A stretch of 64,000 nt of DNA from Candidatus Peribacteria bacterium (lineage in GTDB: Bacteria; Patescibacteriota; Gracilibacteria; Peribacterales; Peribacteraceae), in NCBI GenBank assembly GCA_023245865.1, contig JAHFJN010000001.1, positions 486,722 through 550,721 on the forward strand. The letters run 5' to 3'. Below, piece by piece: positions 27,192 to 36,658 of this stretch. A program made the position numbers and the translations under genes. Position 1 is the first letter of the stretch; each line of letters begins with the position of its first letter. The notes below the pieces were generated by a model, which did not search any database, was not told the DNA's origin, and saw nothing but the letters and a program-made list of their open reading frames with translations.

Positions 27192-27456
27192 AAGACTTCG
27201 AGAAAACTATGAAATGAACGACCCCGCCCCCGTGCCGAGCACTGGTGCGGGGTTTTTCTTGAAATCACTTTTTCCCATGCTAAAGTGTGGCCCCTATGAA
27301 ACCCCCACAGAGCACGAGCACCTTCGCCAACCTCTTCAAGAACCCGCTGCAGCCGCCCGCGGCGCGGCCTGCCAGTCAGGAACCGGCCGAGACCGTAGTC
27401 CCGTCTATCGAGGAAACACAGAAGCAACCACCATTGATGACGGAGATGCCGGTGTT

Positions 27457-27500
27457 GAAAGTAAGGGAAGTACGGAAAGTAACGAAGGTACAGAAGGTGA
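27457..27500 (+). repeat. 9-nt phased array GTAMGGRAR (5 units)
   Basis: GTAAGGGAA GTACGGAAA GTAACGAAG GTACAGAAG GTGA. Shares the 19-mer GAAAGTAAGGGAAGTACGG with 30144-30162. Confidence 0.9.
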
Positions 27501-27606
27501 TGAAGAAGAAAGAGAAGAATAAGAGGAACGAGAGGAAAAAGAAAAAGCCACGGGGCAAGAAAAAAAGGTGATGCGGAAGAAGAGGCGCTAGGATATTCTT
27601 CAACAG

Positions 27607-28647
27607 ATGCAGGATATCAAAAAAGCCCACTTGCACTGGAGCTGTGATGCAGACCCCGGCATCACGCGCGAGCCCAGCGGCAAACATTGGCGATACCGCG
27701 ACACAAAAGGACGCGTCATTCGTGATGCAAAAACGATCGAACGGATCAACCACATCGGCATTCCCCCCGCATGGAAGAACGTATGGATCTGCCCTTCCCC
27801 AAGCGGCCACATGCAAGCGACAGGCAAAGATGCCAAAGGTCGCACGCAATACCGCTATCACGCTCGCTGGCGGGAAGTGCGCGATGCGACAAAATTTCAT
27901 AAGCTCGAGCTATTTGCGAAACACCTTCCCATCATTCGCAAGCACGTCACCGCGCATCTGCACCTCCCCCACCTCAGCCACGAAAAAATGATCGCGACCG
28001 TGGTGCGGCTGCTCGACATCACACACATGCGCATCGGCAATGAAATGTATGAACACGAGAATCATAGCTACGGCCTCACGACACTGCTCGATCGTCACGT
28101 CCATGTGCACGGAGCAGAGGTCCGATTTCAATTTCGCGGGAAGAGCGGACAGGACCAAGATGTAACACTGCGAGATCGCACACTCGCACGCATCATCCTC
28201 GCGTGTGAGGAATTACCCGGTCACTTTCTGTTCCAGTACATCGATCACAAAGGTGCCTTGCATCCCGTCACCTCCGACCATGTGAACGAATATTTGCACG
28301 CAATCACACGTGAGCCATTGAGTGCCAAGGATTTTCGCACGTGGGGAGCAACGGTGCAGGCTGCATTGAGCTTGCTCCATCTTGGAGAAACAGACAATGA
28401 ACGGGAGCGTGCGTCTCGCATCACCCGTGCCGTTTCGGAAGCAGCACAGGCTCTGGGCAATCGACCCGCGACCTGCAGAAAGTACTACATCGACCCGCGC
28501 ATTTTGCATGCATACAATAAATCAAGACTTTGTCCATCTCTGGAACGTTATCTACATCGATCAAAAAACACGGGAGATACCCTCCACCCCCTCGAGAAAG
28601 GCGTACTCAATGTTATTACACACCAGACCTATTCGATGGACAACTAG
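27607..28647 (+). CDS. DNA topoisomerase IB (poxvirus-like bacterial type)
   Basis: ...GIPPAWKNVWICPSPSGHMQATGKDAKGRTQYRYH..., KDFRTWGAT, and C-terminal CRKYYIDP (catalytic Tyr region). Confidence 0.88.
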   Translation: MQDIKKAHLHWSCDADPGITREPSGKHWRYRDTKGRVIRDAKTIERINHIGIPPAWKNVWICPSPSGHMQATGKDAKGRTQYRYHARWREVRDATKFHKLELFAKHLPIIRKHVTAHLHLPHLSHEKMIATVVRLLDITHMRIGNEMYEHENHSYGLTTLLDRHVHVHGAEVRFQFRGKSGQDQDVTLRDRTLARIILACEELPGHFLFQYIDHKGALHPVTSDHVNEYLHAITREPLSAKDFRTWGATVQAALSLLHLGETDNERERASRITRAVSEAAQALGNRPATCRKYYIDPRILHAYNKSRLCPSLERYLHRSKNTGDTLHPLEKGVLNVITHQTYSMDN

Positions 28648-28684
28648 GCAGAGACCAGGGCACGCCGTACGCTCGGTGCCCCCT

Positions 28685-29383
28685 ATGAAAAAGCGCACCT
28701 TTCGCCACCGCGTTGAACGGACGAGGAACAAGCACTCCCGCGCGGTCTGTAAAGGCGAGACCATTGTGATTCGTTTGGCGCGAAACTTAAGCCGCACAGA
28801 GGAGCGCGAACATATTCAGAGTTTGCTTCGGCGGATGACCCACCTGGTCCTCGAGGAGCATCAGAAAATTGCAATCGATCCGTTTCGACATCTCCTGAAT
28901 GGAGGCCACACGCACACGGTGTTGCTCGGCAGCGGACGCACGATCAATTTCTCTCTTCGAGCCGGCGCACGCACGAAGGCTCTCAAAACTCGGCAAGGAT
29001 GGCAGATTGATGTGAGCCCGCACATTCGACGCGCGGCGTTGCATCGTTTCCTCTGGTCACTTGTCGCAAAGTCGGAGCGTACACGTATCACCGTACTCGT
29101 GCATCAAATCAATCATGAGACACTGCGCGTACCGATACGCGAGGTGAAGGTTCGCTTTGCAACCACACAGTGGGGCAGCTGTTCGCCGCAAGGTGTCATC
29201 ATGCTCAATACCGCTCTGCTGCTGCTCCCGCCCTCGCTGCTGCATTACGTCATCATCCACGAGCTTGCGCACCGCAACATCGCAAACCACTCCGCACGCT
29301 ACTGGGAGCACGTAGAATCGGTGCTGCCCACCTACAAGAGAGCCTACCGACAATTGCAGGGATATCGATTGCCGCAACTGTAG
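28685..29383 (+). CDS. YgjP-like (DUF45/M48-type) metal-dependent hydrolase
   Basis: HELAH zinc motif near the C-terminus. Start at the internal ATG after the topIB stop. Confidence 0.8.
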   Translation: MKKRTFRHRVERTRNKHSRAVCKGETIVIRLARNLSRTEEREHIQSLLRRMTHLVLEEHQKIAIDPFRHLLNGGHTHTVLLGSGRTINFSLRAGARTKALKTRQGWQIDVSPHIRRAALHRFLWSLVAKSERTRITVLVHQINHETLRVPIREVKVRFATTQWGSCSPQGVIMLNTALLLLPPSLLHYVIIHELAHRNIANHSARYWEHVESVLPTYKRAYRQLQGYRLPQL

Positions 29384-29551
29384 TGCATCCTTTATACTTC
29401 ATACATGTGCAGTATGTTTTTTGATGGTGGCGATGAAGACAAGAAGAATCCCAAGCCCGACGAGGGAGGATCTGCGGCGGGTGATTACGAATCCTCGCAC
29501 GCGGATGCGGATATTGCGGTGCCAGGCGATGCGCCAGTAGGCAATATGGAA

Positions 29552-30127
29552 TTAGGCGGATAACGAGAAGTCCGCTTCACGACAGAGTAGTCCGAAGAGG
29601 AAAATGGGAAGCCCGACGACTCCCGTCCAATCCCCTTCTATTTTTTTGATCAAGAGTTGCCCCGGCCCGTCGATTTGAAACCCGCCGGAGCGCTCCCGCC
29701 AGAGGTCTGTCCCGATCCACCACGCAATGTCTGCGTCTGTGAGGGTGCGGAAATGCACGCGGGTGGAATCGAGACCTTCATGCTTTTTCCCATGTGAATC
29801 AATCAGACAAAGCGCGCTTCGCACCGTGCACACGTCGGCGCTCTGAAGCCGCAGCATCCGTGCTGCATCCTCTGCGTCAACCGGTTTTTCGAGAAGCGTC
29901 CCATCCCGCAAAGCAACGAGGGTATCTGCACCGAGCACAGAGCGACGCGGAAACCGACGCGACACATCCTGTGCTTTTAAGTGCGCAAGTTGCTGCGCGC
30001 GCTCTGCCGGTGACAGCGTTGGGTGATTCGGCTCATCGACCGCACTCACGATCACTTCAAACCGCACACCAAGACCTTCGAGCAACTTCGCCCGTTGCGG
30101 ACTGCGGGAGGCGAGGATCAACGGCAT
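29552..30127 (-). CDS. maf: Maf-like nucleoside triphosphate pyrophosphatase
   Basis: MPLILASRSPQRAKLLEGLG... is a canonical Maf N-terminus. Confidence 0.9.
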   Translation of the reverse strand: MPLILASRSPQRAKLLEGLGVRFEVIVSAVDEPNHPTLSPAERAQQLAHLKAQDVSRRFPRRSVLGADTLVALRDGTLLEKPVDAEDAARMLRLQSADVCTVRSALCLIDSHGKKHEGLDSTRVHFRTLTDADIAWWIGTDLWRERSGGFQIDGPGQLLIKKIEGDWTGVVGLPIFLFGLLCREADFSLSA

Positions 30128-30129
30128 AT

Positions 30130-30200
30130 GTAAGGAATGTATGGAAAGTAAGGGAAGTACGGGAGGTACCTTCATGACCTACTATACCTCCCTTACCTTC
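30130..30200. repeat. GTAMGGRAR array with inverted partner, immediately upstream of maf
   Basis: The GGAAAGTAAGGGAAGTACGGGAGGTACC arm is answered by TATACCTCCCTTACCTTC. Confidence 0.85.
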
Positions 30201-30206
30201 AATACA

Positions 30207-30788
30207 TCATCTGACCGGCCGCGCCCCCTTCTTCGCATCGATCAATTCATCGAGGGTGAACTGCCCATCCCTCTTCGGCCCTTGCGTGGCTTTCACACGC
30301 GCATGCACGACCGACGTGATCGCTGCGGGGACATCGGGCATCAGGCTGAGACAAAGCGCCTTGAACCCGGGGAGGATCTCCTCCATCGAATCCGGACAGG
30401 CGTGCGCACGCTGGTAACGACGAAGCAGTCCGGCTTGGGTGTCATCGAGATTGCTCAGTTTCAGTGCTACATTCGTCGCGGGGGCAGCCTCGTGTTCGGA
30501 AGGCAACCCTTTCAAAAACCGCTGAATGCCGACGGGATCGTTCACATCGGGACACACGACATCCTCCCCATCCTTCTGACGCTTGGAACAGAGCGCAATC
30601 GCATCTTCGTAATCGCGACGAGTGTTGCGGAACGTATCTTTATTCTCCTTCACCTGTTCGCGCAGATTCGTGACGCTTGCATCGAGCAAAACCTTCCCCT
30701 CCGTATCGACAACGAGAGGAAACGCGGCAACGAGCGCGAGCAGTCCAGCGAGAACGTAGTGGGATTTTTGTTGTGTGTTCATACACAC
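30207..30788 (-). CDS. secreted hypothetical protein
   Basis: Signal-like N-terminus HYVLAGLLALVAAFPLVV. No family recognised. Confidence 0.6.
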   Translation of the reverse strand: MCMNTQQKSHYVLAGLLALVAAFPLVVDTEGKVLLDASVTNLREQVKENKDTFRNTRRDYEDAIALCSKRQKDGEDVVCPDVNDPVGIQRFLKGLPSEHEAAPATNVALKLSNLDDTQAGLLRRYQRAHACPDSMEEILPGFKALCLSLMPDVPAAITSVVHARVKATQGPKRDGQFTLDELIDAKKGARPVR

Positions 30789-30808
30789 ATTGTACCATTT
30801 TTTGCCTC

Positions 30809-31777
30809 TTAACGCAATCCTACCGCTTTTTCGACCTTTTCCATCGTTTGACGGGCGATTTTGGATGCTTTCGCTGCACCCTCACGCAGCACCGCTTCCG
30901 CTTCTGCGGGATCCTTCTCAAGTTTTATGCGCTTCAGACGCATCGGCGCAAAATGATCCATACATGTTGCGAGCAGCTTCTTTTTTGCATCGCCGTACGA
31001 AAGCCCTTTGCGATACTCAACTGCGAGTGCCTTCTGCTCAGATAAAGAGAGGAAGAGTGTGTGGATCTGATACACGGTGCAGGTATCCGGATCTTTGGGA
31101 TCGTTCGCACCCTTGGAATCCGTCGTGATCCCCATGATGGCCTTCTTGATGGCCGCTTCAGATCCAAAGAGAGGAATGATATTGCCGTAGCTCTTGCTCA
31201 TTTTCTGTCCGTCGGTCCCGGGGACCACCGCTGCATTCTCGATGATCTGCTCTTCGGGAACGCTAAACGTTTCACCGTAATGATGGTTAAACTTGATCGC
31301 TATGTCGCGCGCGATCTCGACGTGCTGTTTTTGATCTTTCCCGACTGGCACGATGTTTGTATCGTAGAGCAGAATGTCCGCCGCCATGAGGACGGGGTAC
31401 GTAAAAAGCCCTGCAGAAGCGGAAATCCCCTTCCCCACCTTATCCTTATAGCTGACCGCACGCTCGAGGAGCCCCATCGGCGTGAGCGTTGCGAGGATCC
31501 ACATGAGCTCCGTATGTTCGGGCACGTCCGATTGATAAAAGATAATCGCTTTGCTCGGATCAAACCCGCATGCGAGGTAATCGAGAATGATGTCATGACG
31601 AAGCCTCCTCAGTTCGGCCGGATCCTGAACGGTCGTGAGCGCATGGAGATCTGCGATGAAGAAAATGTTCTCATCGACTTTAGGATCGCCCACCCACGCG
31701 AGGTTCGGTTTGATCGACCCGAAGTAATTGCCGAGGTGTAACTGCCCCGAGGGCTGGATTCCTGATAAGACGCGCAT
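30809..31777 (-). CDS. trpS: tryptophan--tRNA ligase
   Basis: MRVLSGIQPSGQLHLGNYFG (HIGH-type) and KMSKS motifs. Confidence 0.95.
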   Translation of the reverse strand: MRVLSGIQPSGQLHLGNYFGSIKPNLAWVGDPKVDENIFFIADLHALTTVQDPAELRRLRHDIILDYLACGFDPSKAIIFYQSDVPEHTELMWILATLTPMGLLERAVSYKDKVGKGISASAGLFTYPVLMAADILLYDTNIVPVGKDQKQHVEIARDIAIKFNHHYGETFSVPEEQIIENAAVVPGTDGQKMSKSYGNIIPLFGSEAAIKKAIMGITTDSKGANDPKDPDTCTVYQIHTLFLSLSEQKALAVEYRKGLSYGDAKKKLLATCMDHFAPMRLKRIKLEKDPAEAEAVLREGAAKASKIARQTMEKVEKAVGLR

Positions 31778-31795
31778 GGTGGGAGTATATCGTAT

Positions 31796-31867
31796 GGAAG
31801 GTAAAGGAAGTAAGGGAGGTATGGGAGGTCCCACTTTCGTTACATTCATTACTTCCCTTACTTTCCG
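31796..31867. repeat. GTAMGGRAR array with inverted partner, upstream of trpS
   Basis: GGAAGGTAAAGGAAGTAAGGGAGGTATGGGAGG, plus TACTTCCCTTACTTTCC (31850-31866), which is the reverse complement of the 30143-30159 17-mer. Confidence 0.85.
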
Positions 31868-32529
31868 GACTTTTCGCGCAGCTCGCGCAGCGCTTTCTCA
31901 AACGACGGCGGCAGCCCTGCCTCGATATGGACCTTCTCCCCCGTGAGGGGGTGTGGGAAATCGAGAGAGAACGCATGCAGGAAGAAGCGGTGATAGTGAA
32001 AGTGCTTCGTGAACGCACGATCGAGTTTTTCATTGCCGTAGACCGGATCGAGCAGGAGCGGATGGCCGATGAACTTGAGGTGTTGGCGGATCTGATGTTT
32101 GCGACCGGTCTCGATCTGCACTTCGGTGTAGCTGGCCGTCGGGAATGCCTCGATCACCTTGTAATGCGACACCGCATCCACAAGCGTGTTATGCGTGCGT
32201 GCGGGTAATTTTCGCTCAATCGTCCCTTCCTTCAGCGCAATCCGACCCGCCGCGAGCGCGCGGTAGCGCTTGATCCACCCACGAAATTCGCTGGCGCGAA
32301 TCCTGCGCACCGCCTCGGCGGTACGCGCAAAGACGATGACACCGGACGTCCCGAAGTCGAGCCGGTGCACGACACGTAGCTCCGGGTGATTTTTTTTGAG
32401 GAAATCAAACAGCGGCGTCTTGCCATGTCCTCCGGCTGCAACCACGAGTTCCCCATCGAGTTTGTTCACAACGAACAAATGTTGATCTTGGTAGAGGATG
32501 CGGTCGGCGCGGATGTCTTTCATAGACAT
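31858..32529 (-). CDS. RluA-family pseudouridine synthase
   Basis: HRLDFGTSGVIVFA catalytic Asp motif. Confidence 0.88.
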   Translation of the reverse strand: MSMKDIRADRILYQDQHLFVVNKLDGELVVAAGGHGKTPLFDFLKKNHPELRVVHRLDFGTSGVIVFARTAEAVRRIRASEFRGWIKRYRALAAGRIALKEGTIERKLPARTHNTLVDAVSHYKVIEAFPTASYTEVQIETGRKHQIRQHLKFIGHPLLLDPVYGNEKLDRAFTKHFHYHRFFLHAFSLDFPHPLTGEKVHIEAGLPPSFEKALRELREKSGK

Positions 32530-32636
32530 AGCATAGCGGAAGTTCGATGATTCCTCCTCTCCCTAAGAGTCGGAACTCAGGAGAGGGGTACGACGTATTG
32601 CTTCGATCAGACATCCCTCTTACAATTTTACTCTCC

Positions 32637-32713
32637 GGACGATTAGCTCAGCTGGTTAGAGCGTTCGATTCACATTCGAAAGGTCCCCGGTTCGAATCCG
32701 GGATCGTCCACCA
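32637..32713 (+). tRNA. tRNA-Val (anticodon CAC)
   Basis: Acceptor GGACGAT/ATCGTCC, anticodon loop UUCACAU, T-loop TTCGAAT, encoded CCA. Confidence 0.93.
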
Positions 32714-32813
32714 TCCCTTGACAGAGCGGCAAAACAGCATTGATGGCACGCGGTAAGAGGGGTAGGACAGGAAAGGTGCAGATCATTCACATCTTCGACG
32801 AAGGAGAACGACG

Positions 32814-33287
32814 ATGGACATCACCTGTATTCGAGTGAAGATTTTTGAGGAGAGAGATCGGGAAGAACGACTGCGCGCATTCGTCTCTGTGACATTCGAT
32901 CATGTGTTCGTTGTCAGAGACATCAAAGTCCTTGAAGGATCGATGGGGCAATTCGTCGCAATGCCAAGTCGAAAACTCACGGACAAATGTCCACAGTGCG
33001 GCGGGAAGAATCATCTGCGGGCGGATCACTGCAATCAATGCGGCACTGAACTGGCAGATGACCGTGCTGTCAAAGACGCCAATGGCCGCGCGAAGTTGTA
33101 CGCCGACGTTGCTCATCCGATCAATCCAAGGTTTCGTGAACATCTGACCGAAAGGATTCTCACAGCATACGAGAAGGAATTGGATCTTTCCAAGCTGCCT
33201 GGCTACGTATGCACCTACGACATCTACGACAACGCACGTTCGAGCGTCGAAGCACGGCAAGAAGAATTCGGCGCGGGAATCCTGTAA
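32814..33287 (+). CDS. spoVG: SpoVG-family protein with an inserted zinc ribbon
   Basis: SpoVG core (...FVSVTFDHVFVVRDIKVLEG..GQFVAMPSRK...VAHPIN...) interrupted by CPQCG-x11-CNQCG. AAGGAG SD 7 nt upstream. Confidence 0.85.
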   Translation: MDITCIRVKIFEERDREERLRAFVSVTFDHVFVVRDIKVLEGSMGQFVAMPSRKLTDKCPQCGGKNHLRADHCNQCGTELADDRAVKDANGRAKLYADVAHPINPRFREHLTERILTAYEKELDLSKLPGYVCTYDIYDNARSSVEARQEEFGAGIL

Positions 33288-33318
33288 CACCATTGCGTCA
33301 TATCCATCTGCACCACCA

Positions 33319-33349
33319 CCCCGGCTTCCATCGCGAAGCCGGGGGATTT
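33319..33349 (+). terminator. hairpin downstream of spoVG (weak T-tract)
   Basis: 10-bp stem CCCCGGCTTC/GAAGCCGGGG followed by GATTTCG. Confidence 0.4.
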
Positions 33350-33366
33350 CGAAAATTGCAATTTCT

Positions 33367-33405
33367 CTCATCAGACAGTATACTAGTAAACTGACTCATG
33401 CGAGG
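33367..33405. repeat. imperfect palindromic repeat, copy 1
   Basis: CTCATCAGACAGTATACTAGTAAACTGACTCATGCGAGG, centred on CTAG. Confidence 0.8.
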
Positions 33406-33555
33406 AAGATAGACAATTACTTTTCTTCGACCAGCAAGAGAGACCTGTACTCCGACATCGATTCGCTCAACCATGCTTCAACGAAGGCGCGATGAAGTGC
33501 TCCTGCAGATCGGAGAGCTCCTTCTTCGTCAGCCTACGATGATCCACCTTTCCGC

Positions 33556-33592
33556 CCATCAGTCAGCATAATAGTAAACTGGCTCATGAGGG
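33556..33592. repeat. imperfect palindromic repeat, copy 2
   Basis: CCCATCAGTCAGCATAATAGTAAACTGGCTCATGAGG; ~32/38 identity to copy 1 by hand. Confidence 0.8.
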
Positions 33593-33661
33593 ACAAGTGG
33601 AAAAACATCGCCGGTTCTGCCGGAGGTTGACTATAAAGTTGAAGGTGTTATATTTTTAAAT

Positions 33662-34267
33662 ATGATTGAAGGGACTCAGTTGACATTTCTACGCGACTCT
33701 TCGCCTACCTACGACGATGGAGGATACTATTTCGACACGAGGGGAAAACGGAAAGGAACATCGTTCAATGCTGAACAATACCGAAGTCTTTCGCCGATGC
33801 TGCTGGTATTAGAAAGCCAGATAACGAGCCTCATTCCTCGAGCGTGCGGCTGTGAACATGAATACACGATTGCACGAACATTTCCGACGCAGCAAGAGTT
33901 TTTGAGCTCGAGCTACAATGATGTACTCGCCTGTTTGTGCCCGGAAGGCATACGAGGGGAAAATCCCAATTGTGCACATCGTGCCAGTGACCTCAATCCA
34001 GAACCGTTTGGCCCTGAACTCCATGAGCTTGCCCAGCATCGCGTCATCGATCCTAGGTCGTGGTACCGTTGGTATAAAAAGATGATTGAAAATATCAATG
34101 ACATCGACATAGCCATCAGTGATAGTTCCCGGGAGCGCTTGAAGAGCATGCAATTGGACGCCGAAAAACGCAGATGGATGCAGGAAGAGAACATCCGGGA
34201 ACTGCTCCGCATGCAGAATGTCTTGAGGAAAGGCATACAGTCTCTCCTCACGTTCATCGCGTCGTAA
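33662..34267 (+). CDS. hypothetical Cys-containing protein
   Basis: 201-aa ORF. No family recognised. Confidence 0.55.
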   Translation: MIEGTQLTFLRDSSPTYDDGGYYFDTRGKRKGTSFNAEQYRSLSPMLLVLESQITSLIPRACGCEHEYTIARTFPTQQEFLSSSYNDVLACLCPEGIRGENPNCAHRASDLNPEPFGPELHELAQHRVIDPRSWYRWYKKMIENINDIDIAISDSSRERLKSMQLDAEKRRWMQEENIRELLRMQNVLRKGIQSLLTFIAS

Positions 34268-34270
34268 GTC

Positions 34271-34849
34271 TCACCCTCGGAACTCCGCATCATTCATCAG
34301 TCTGCTCTCCTCGGGCAAAATTTGATGTTGATATTTACTCCCTAATTTCAGATTGTACGGCGTCTCGGCAGGGCTGCTCATTTGCTCAAACGCCAGCTGG
34401 CAGACGCGCATTCCCGGGTAGAGTGCCACCGGCATCCGGTTGAGGTTACTGATTTCGAGTGTGATAGTGCCGCTGAAACCGGGGTCCACAAATCCCGCCG
34501 TCGAGTGGACGATGATCCCGAGCCGCCCGAGGGAGCTACGCCCCTCCACCCGCACGACAAGATCATCCGGGACCGTGAGCGTTTCCATCGTGACGCCGAG
34601 CACGAATTCTCCCGGCTGTACGATGAACGATTCGCCCTCAGGGATCGTAATCATCCGCATGCGGCCCTGAAAAGTCTCGGGGTTCTTGGGGTCCAGAATC
34701 GCGAATTTACTGTGTTCGTAGAGCTTGAAGGTATTCCCGAGTCGCAGATCCATGCTGCTCGCGTGAATGTGAAACGGCATCACCCCGCCATCGATCTTCA
34801 CCCTGCCCGTGTCAATCGCCTTCTTGATATCCCTATCCGATAAGATCAT
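34271..34849 (-). CDS. dcd: dCTP deaminase
   Basis: MILSDRDIKKAI... and a dUTPase-fold core (...GFVDPGFSGTITLEI...). Confidence 0.93.
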   Translation of the reverse strand: MILSDRDIKKAIDTGRVKIDGGVMPFHIHASSMDLRLGNTFKLYEHSKFAILDPKNPETFQGRMRMITIPEGESFIVQPGEFVLGVTMETLTVPDDLVVRVEGRSSLGRLGIIVHSTAGFVDPGFSGTITLEISNLNRMPVALYPGMRVCQLAFEQMSSPAETPYNLKLGSKYQHQILPEESRLMNDAEFRG

Positions 34850-34889
34850 GCAGTGAGTATAGGGAGAAAATACTTGAAGTGGAAGGACG

Positions 34890-36635
34890 ATGCGATCAGA
34901 ATCACTCGCAAACCTTATGCCTTCGCTTACAGAACCCGTTCGGCAATCTTCAGCACACGATCTTCGCCGCGCCCACGACGAAGAGTACGCGGAAGCATCC
35001 GCAGAGTCGCAGCGTACGATCGATCATGCTATCACAGAATGTCGTTCGCTCTATCGCCATCGCCTCATCAACACGCGCACACGGCAAGAGTATGATAAAA
35101 TGTGGGAGGGGTTGCGAGCACAGGGTGAGTTGGAAAAGATGCAGGAAAACGTTCATTTTCTCTACGAAGCCGTCGCTGAGGCAATCGATTATGAAGCGGA
35201 TTTCAAACGTGAAATGAAAAAAGCTCACAAAAACAAATGGATCGGCGATGAGAGCAATGACCGTTGGATGGCGCGTTTTAACGATGAGAATGTACTGGAA
35301 TGGGATCGCAAGACATGGCTCAAGAATAACTTCCACGTGTACGTGGCAGGCTGGGAACGTGTCGGCAAAAAACAGAGTGACATCGAAAAATTTGCGAAGC
35401 ACCTGGGTGTGAACGCGAAACAAGTTCCGGAATTGAAGAATGTACTGACAAAATCAGAATTTCTCTCCTTTGAATTCCCCGAACGCGATCGTATGGCAAC
35501 CACAGCATGGAACGCTTTGCTTCAAAAAGAGGAAAATTTCAATAGAGCTCGTGCGATCTTCACCGACGCGACGCAAGGGCCGGACAAATGTCTGGATCCG
35601 AAGAATGTCGACCATTGGCTGAAAATGGCGATGAAGAAGTCATCTCCAGAGGCGTATGCGCAAAAGCTGATCGCGAGCTGGAAGAGTCTGCGTCGACGAT
35701 TCGATGCCGTGAATAAACAGATGGACAAGGAAGGAATCTCCGAGCACTTCGAGCGCCTTTCCCCCGAAAACTTCTGGTCAATGCCGATCAAGCATCGTGA
35801 GCATTATTTGAAGGAAGCGGCAATGCATCTACTCCACCAGAAAGAGAATAAGGAGAAAGGAAAAGTGAACGAAACGAAAACAGAATTACCGACACTTAAA
35901 ACCCGGATCGAGTCAGGATTACGGATGCAGGACTGGGACAAGGCGAAGCAGGGCTTGGCTGAAGCGAGAAAGATCGCCCCCCAAGACCGCGAGCTCGATC
36001 ACATGGAACGCTTCCTCAACCGATACGCCGATCCGCACGTGCGCGAACAAAAGAACAAAACCCCTTCACTGAAAGAAACCTTGGAAGCACGCGACCGACT
36101 GCGACATTTCGTGCGATTCGAAGCGGGGACAAGCGTGCAGCACAGTTACGCTGCGGTGATGGCAATGGGATACAGGCAAACCAAGCGATTTTTGCAATTG
36201 ATGTACAACCGCGTCTGGGTGCATGAACGCGGCTACTCCAATCAGTTGCTTGATATGCAGGAAGGATCGAGCAAAGGGAACAAACAAAAGACCGAAGAGC
36301 GAATCGAGAACGGCCATGAGTGGTACTTCGAACATAACATCATCGAGGGCAATACCGCCCAGAAGGAAGCGATTCGCGACGAATGTAAAAAACCCCAAGT
36401 CCTCCACATGGGACGCGACGGACAGCAAGCGGTCATCGATAAAGTGCGCGCGAACTGCGACAACGAACAATTCGGCTACTGGACAACACTCGTTCCGAAA
36501 GAGCTCTCGTATGCCAAGCACAGCGAGATCGTGAAAAACTTCCACTATCAAATCAAGTGCGATATGAAACTCCTCGAGCAAGCGGGAATGGCCTTCACGC
36601 TTACTGATGAGGTCCCATTGACCCATGCGGCCTGA
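34890..36635 (+). CDS. large hypothetical protein (581 aa)
   Basis: Long charged/helical ORF with GGAAGGA 3 nt upstream. No family recognised. Confidence 0.65.
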   Translation: MRSESLANLMPSLTEPVRQSSAHDLRRAHDEEYAEASAESQRTIDHAITECRSLYRHRLINTRTRQEYDKMWEGLRAQGELEKMQENVHFLYEAVAEAIDYEADFKREMKKAHKNKWIGDESNDRWMARFNDENVLEWDRKTWLKNNFHVYVAGWERVGKKQSDIEKFAKHLGVNAKQVPELKNVLTKSEFLSFEFPERDRMATTAWNALLQKEENFNRARAIFTDATQGPDKCLDPKNVDHWLKMAMKKSSPEAYAQKLIASWKSLRRRFDAVNKQMDKEGISEHFERLSPENFWSMPIKHREHYLKEAAMHLLHQKENKEKGKVNETKTELPTLKTRIESGLRMQDWDKAKQGLAEARKIAPQDRELDHMERFLNRYADPHVREQKNKTPSLKETLEARDRLRHFVRFEAGTSVQHSYAAVMAMGYRQTKRFLQLMYNRVWVHERGYSNQLLDMQEGSSKGNKQKTEERIENGHEWYFEHNIIEGNTAQKEAIRDECKKPQVLHMGRDGQQAVIDKVRANCDNEQFGYWTTLVPKELSYAKHSEIVKNFHYQIKCDMKLLEQAGMAFTLTDEVPLTHAA

Positions 36636-36658
36636 AATCCGCTATACTCCGCCGCACC

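Noticed and set aside
27287-27571. 94-aa Lys-rich ORF upstream of topIB.
   Set aside because: Its C-terminal half is a translation of the purine-rich GTAMGGRAR/AAG repeat tract, and it has no family signature. I treat it as non-coding repeat sequence, though a small basic protein cannot be excluded.
29414-29563. 49-aa acidic ORF between the YgjP-like gene and maf.
   Set aside because: It is short, low-complexity and without a recognisable start context, and it overlaps the maf 3' end. The support is insufficient.
33401-33592. Small ORFs between the palindromic repeats (30-aa MGGKVDHRRLTKKELSDLQEHFIAPSLKHG on the minus strand, 32 aa on the plus strand).
   Set aside because: They are too short, with no homology I can recognise. 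They are mentioned only within the repeat finding.
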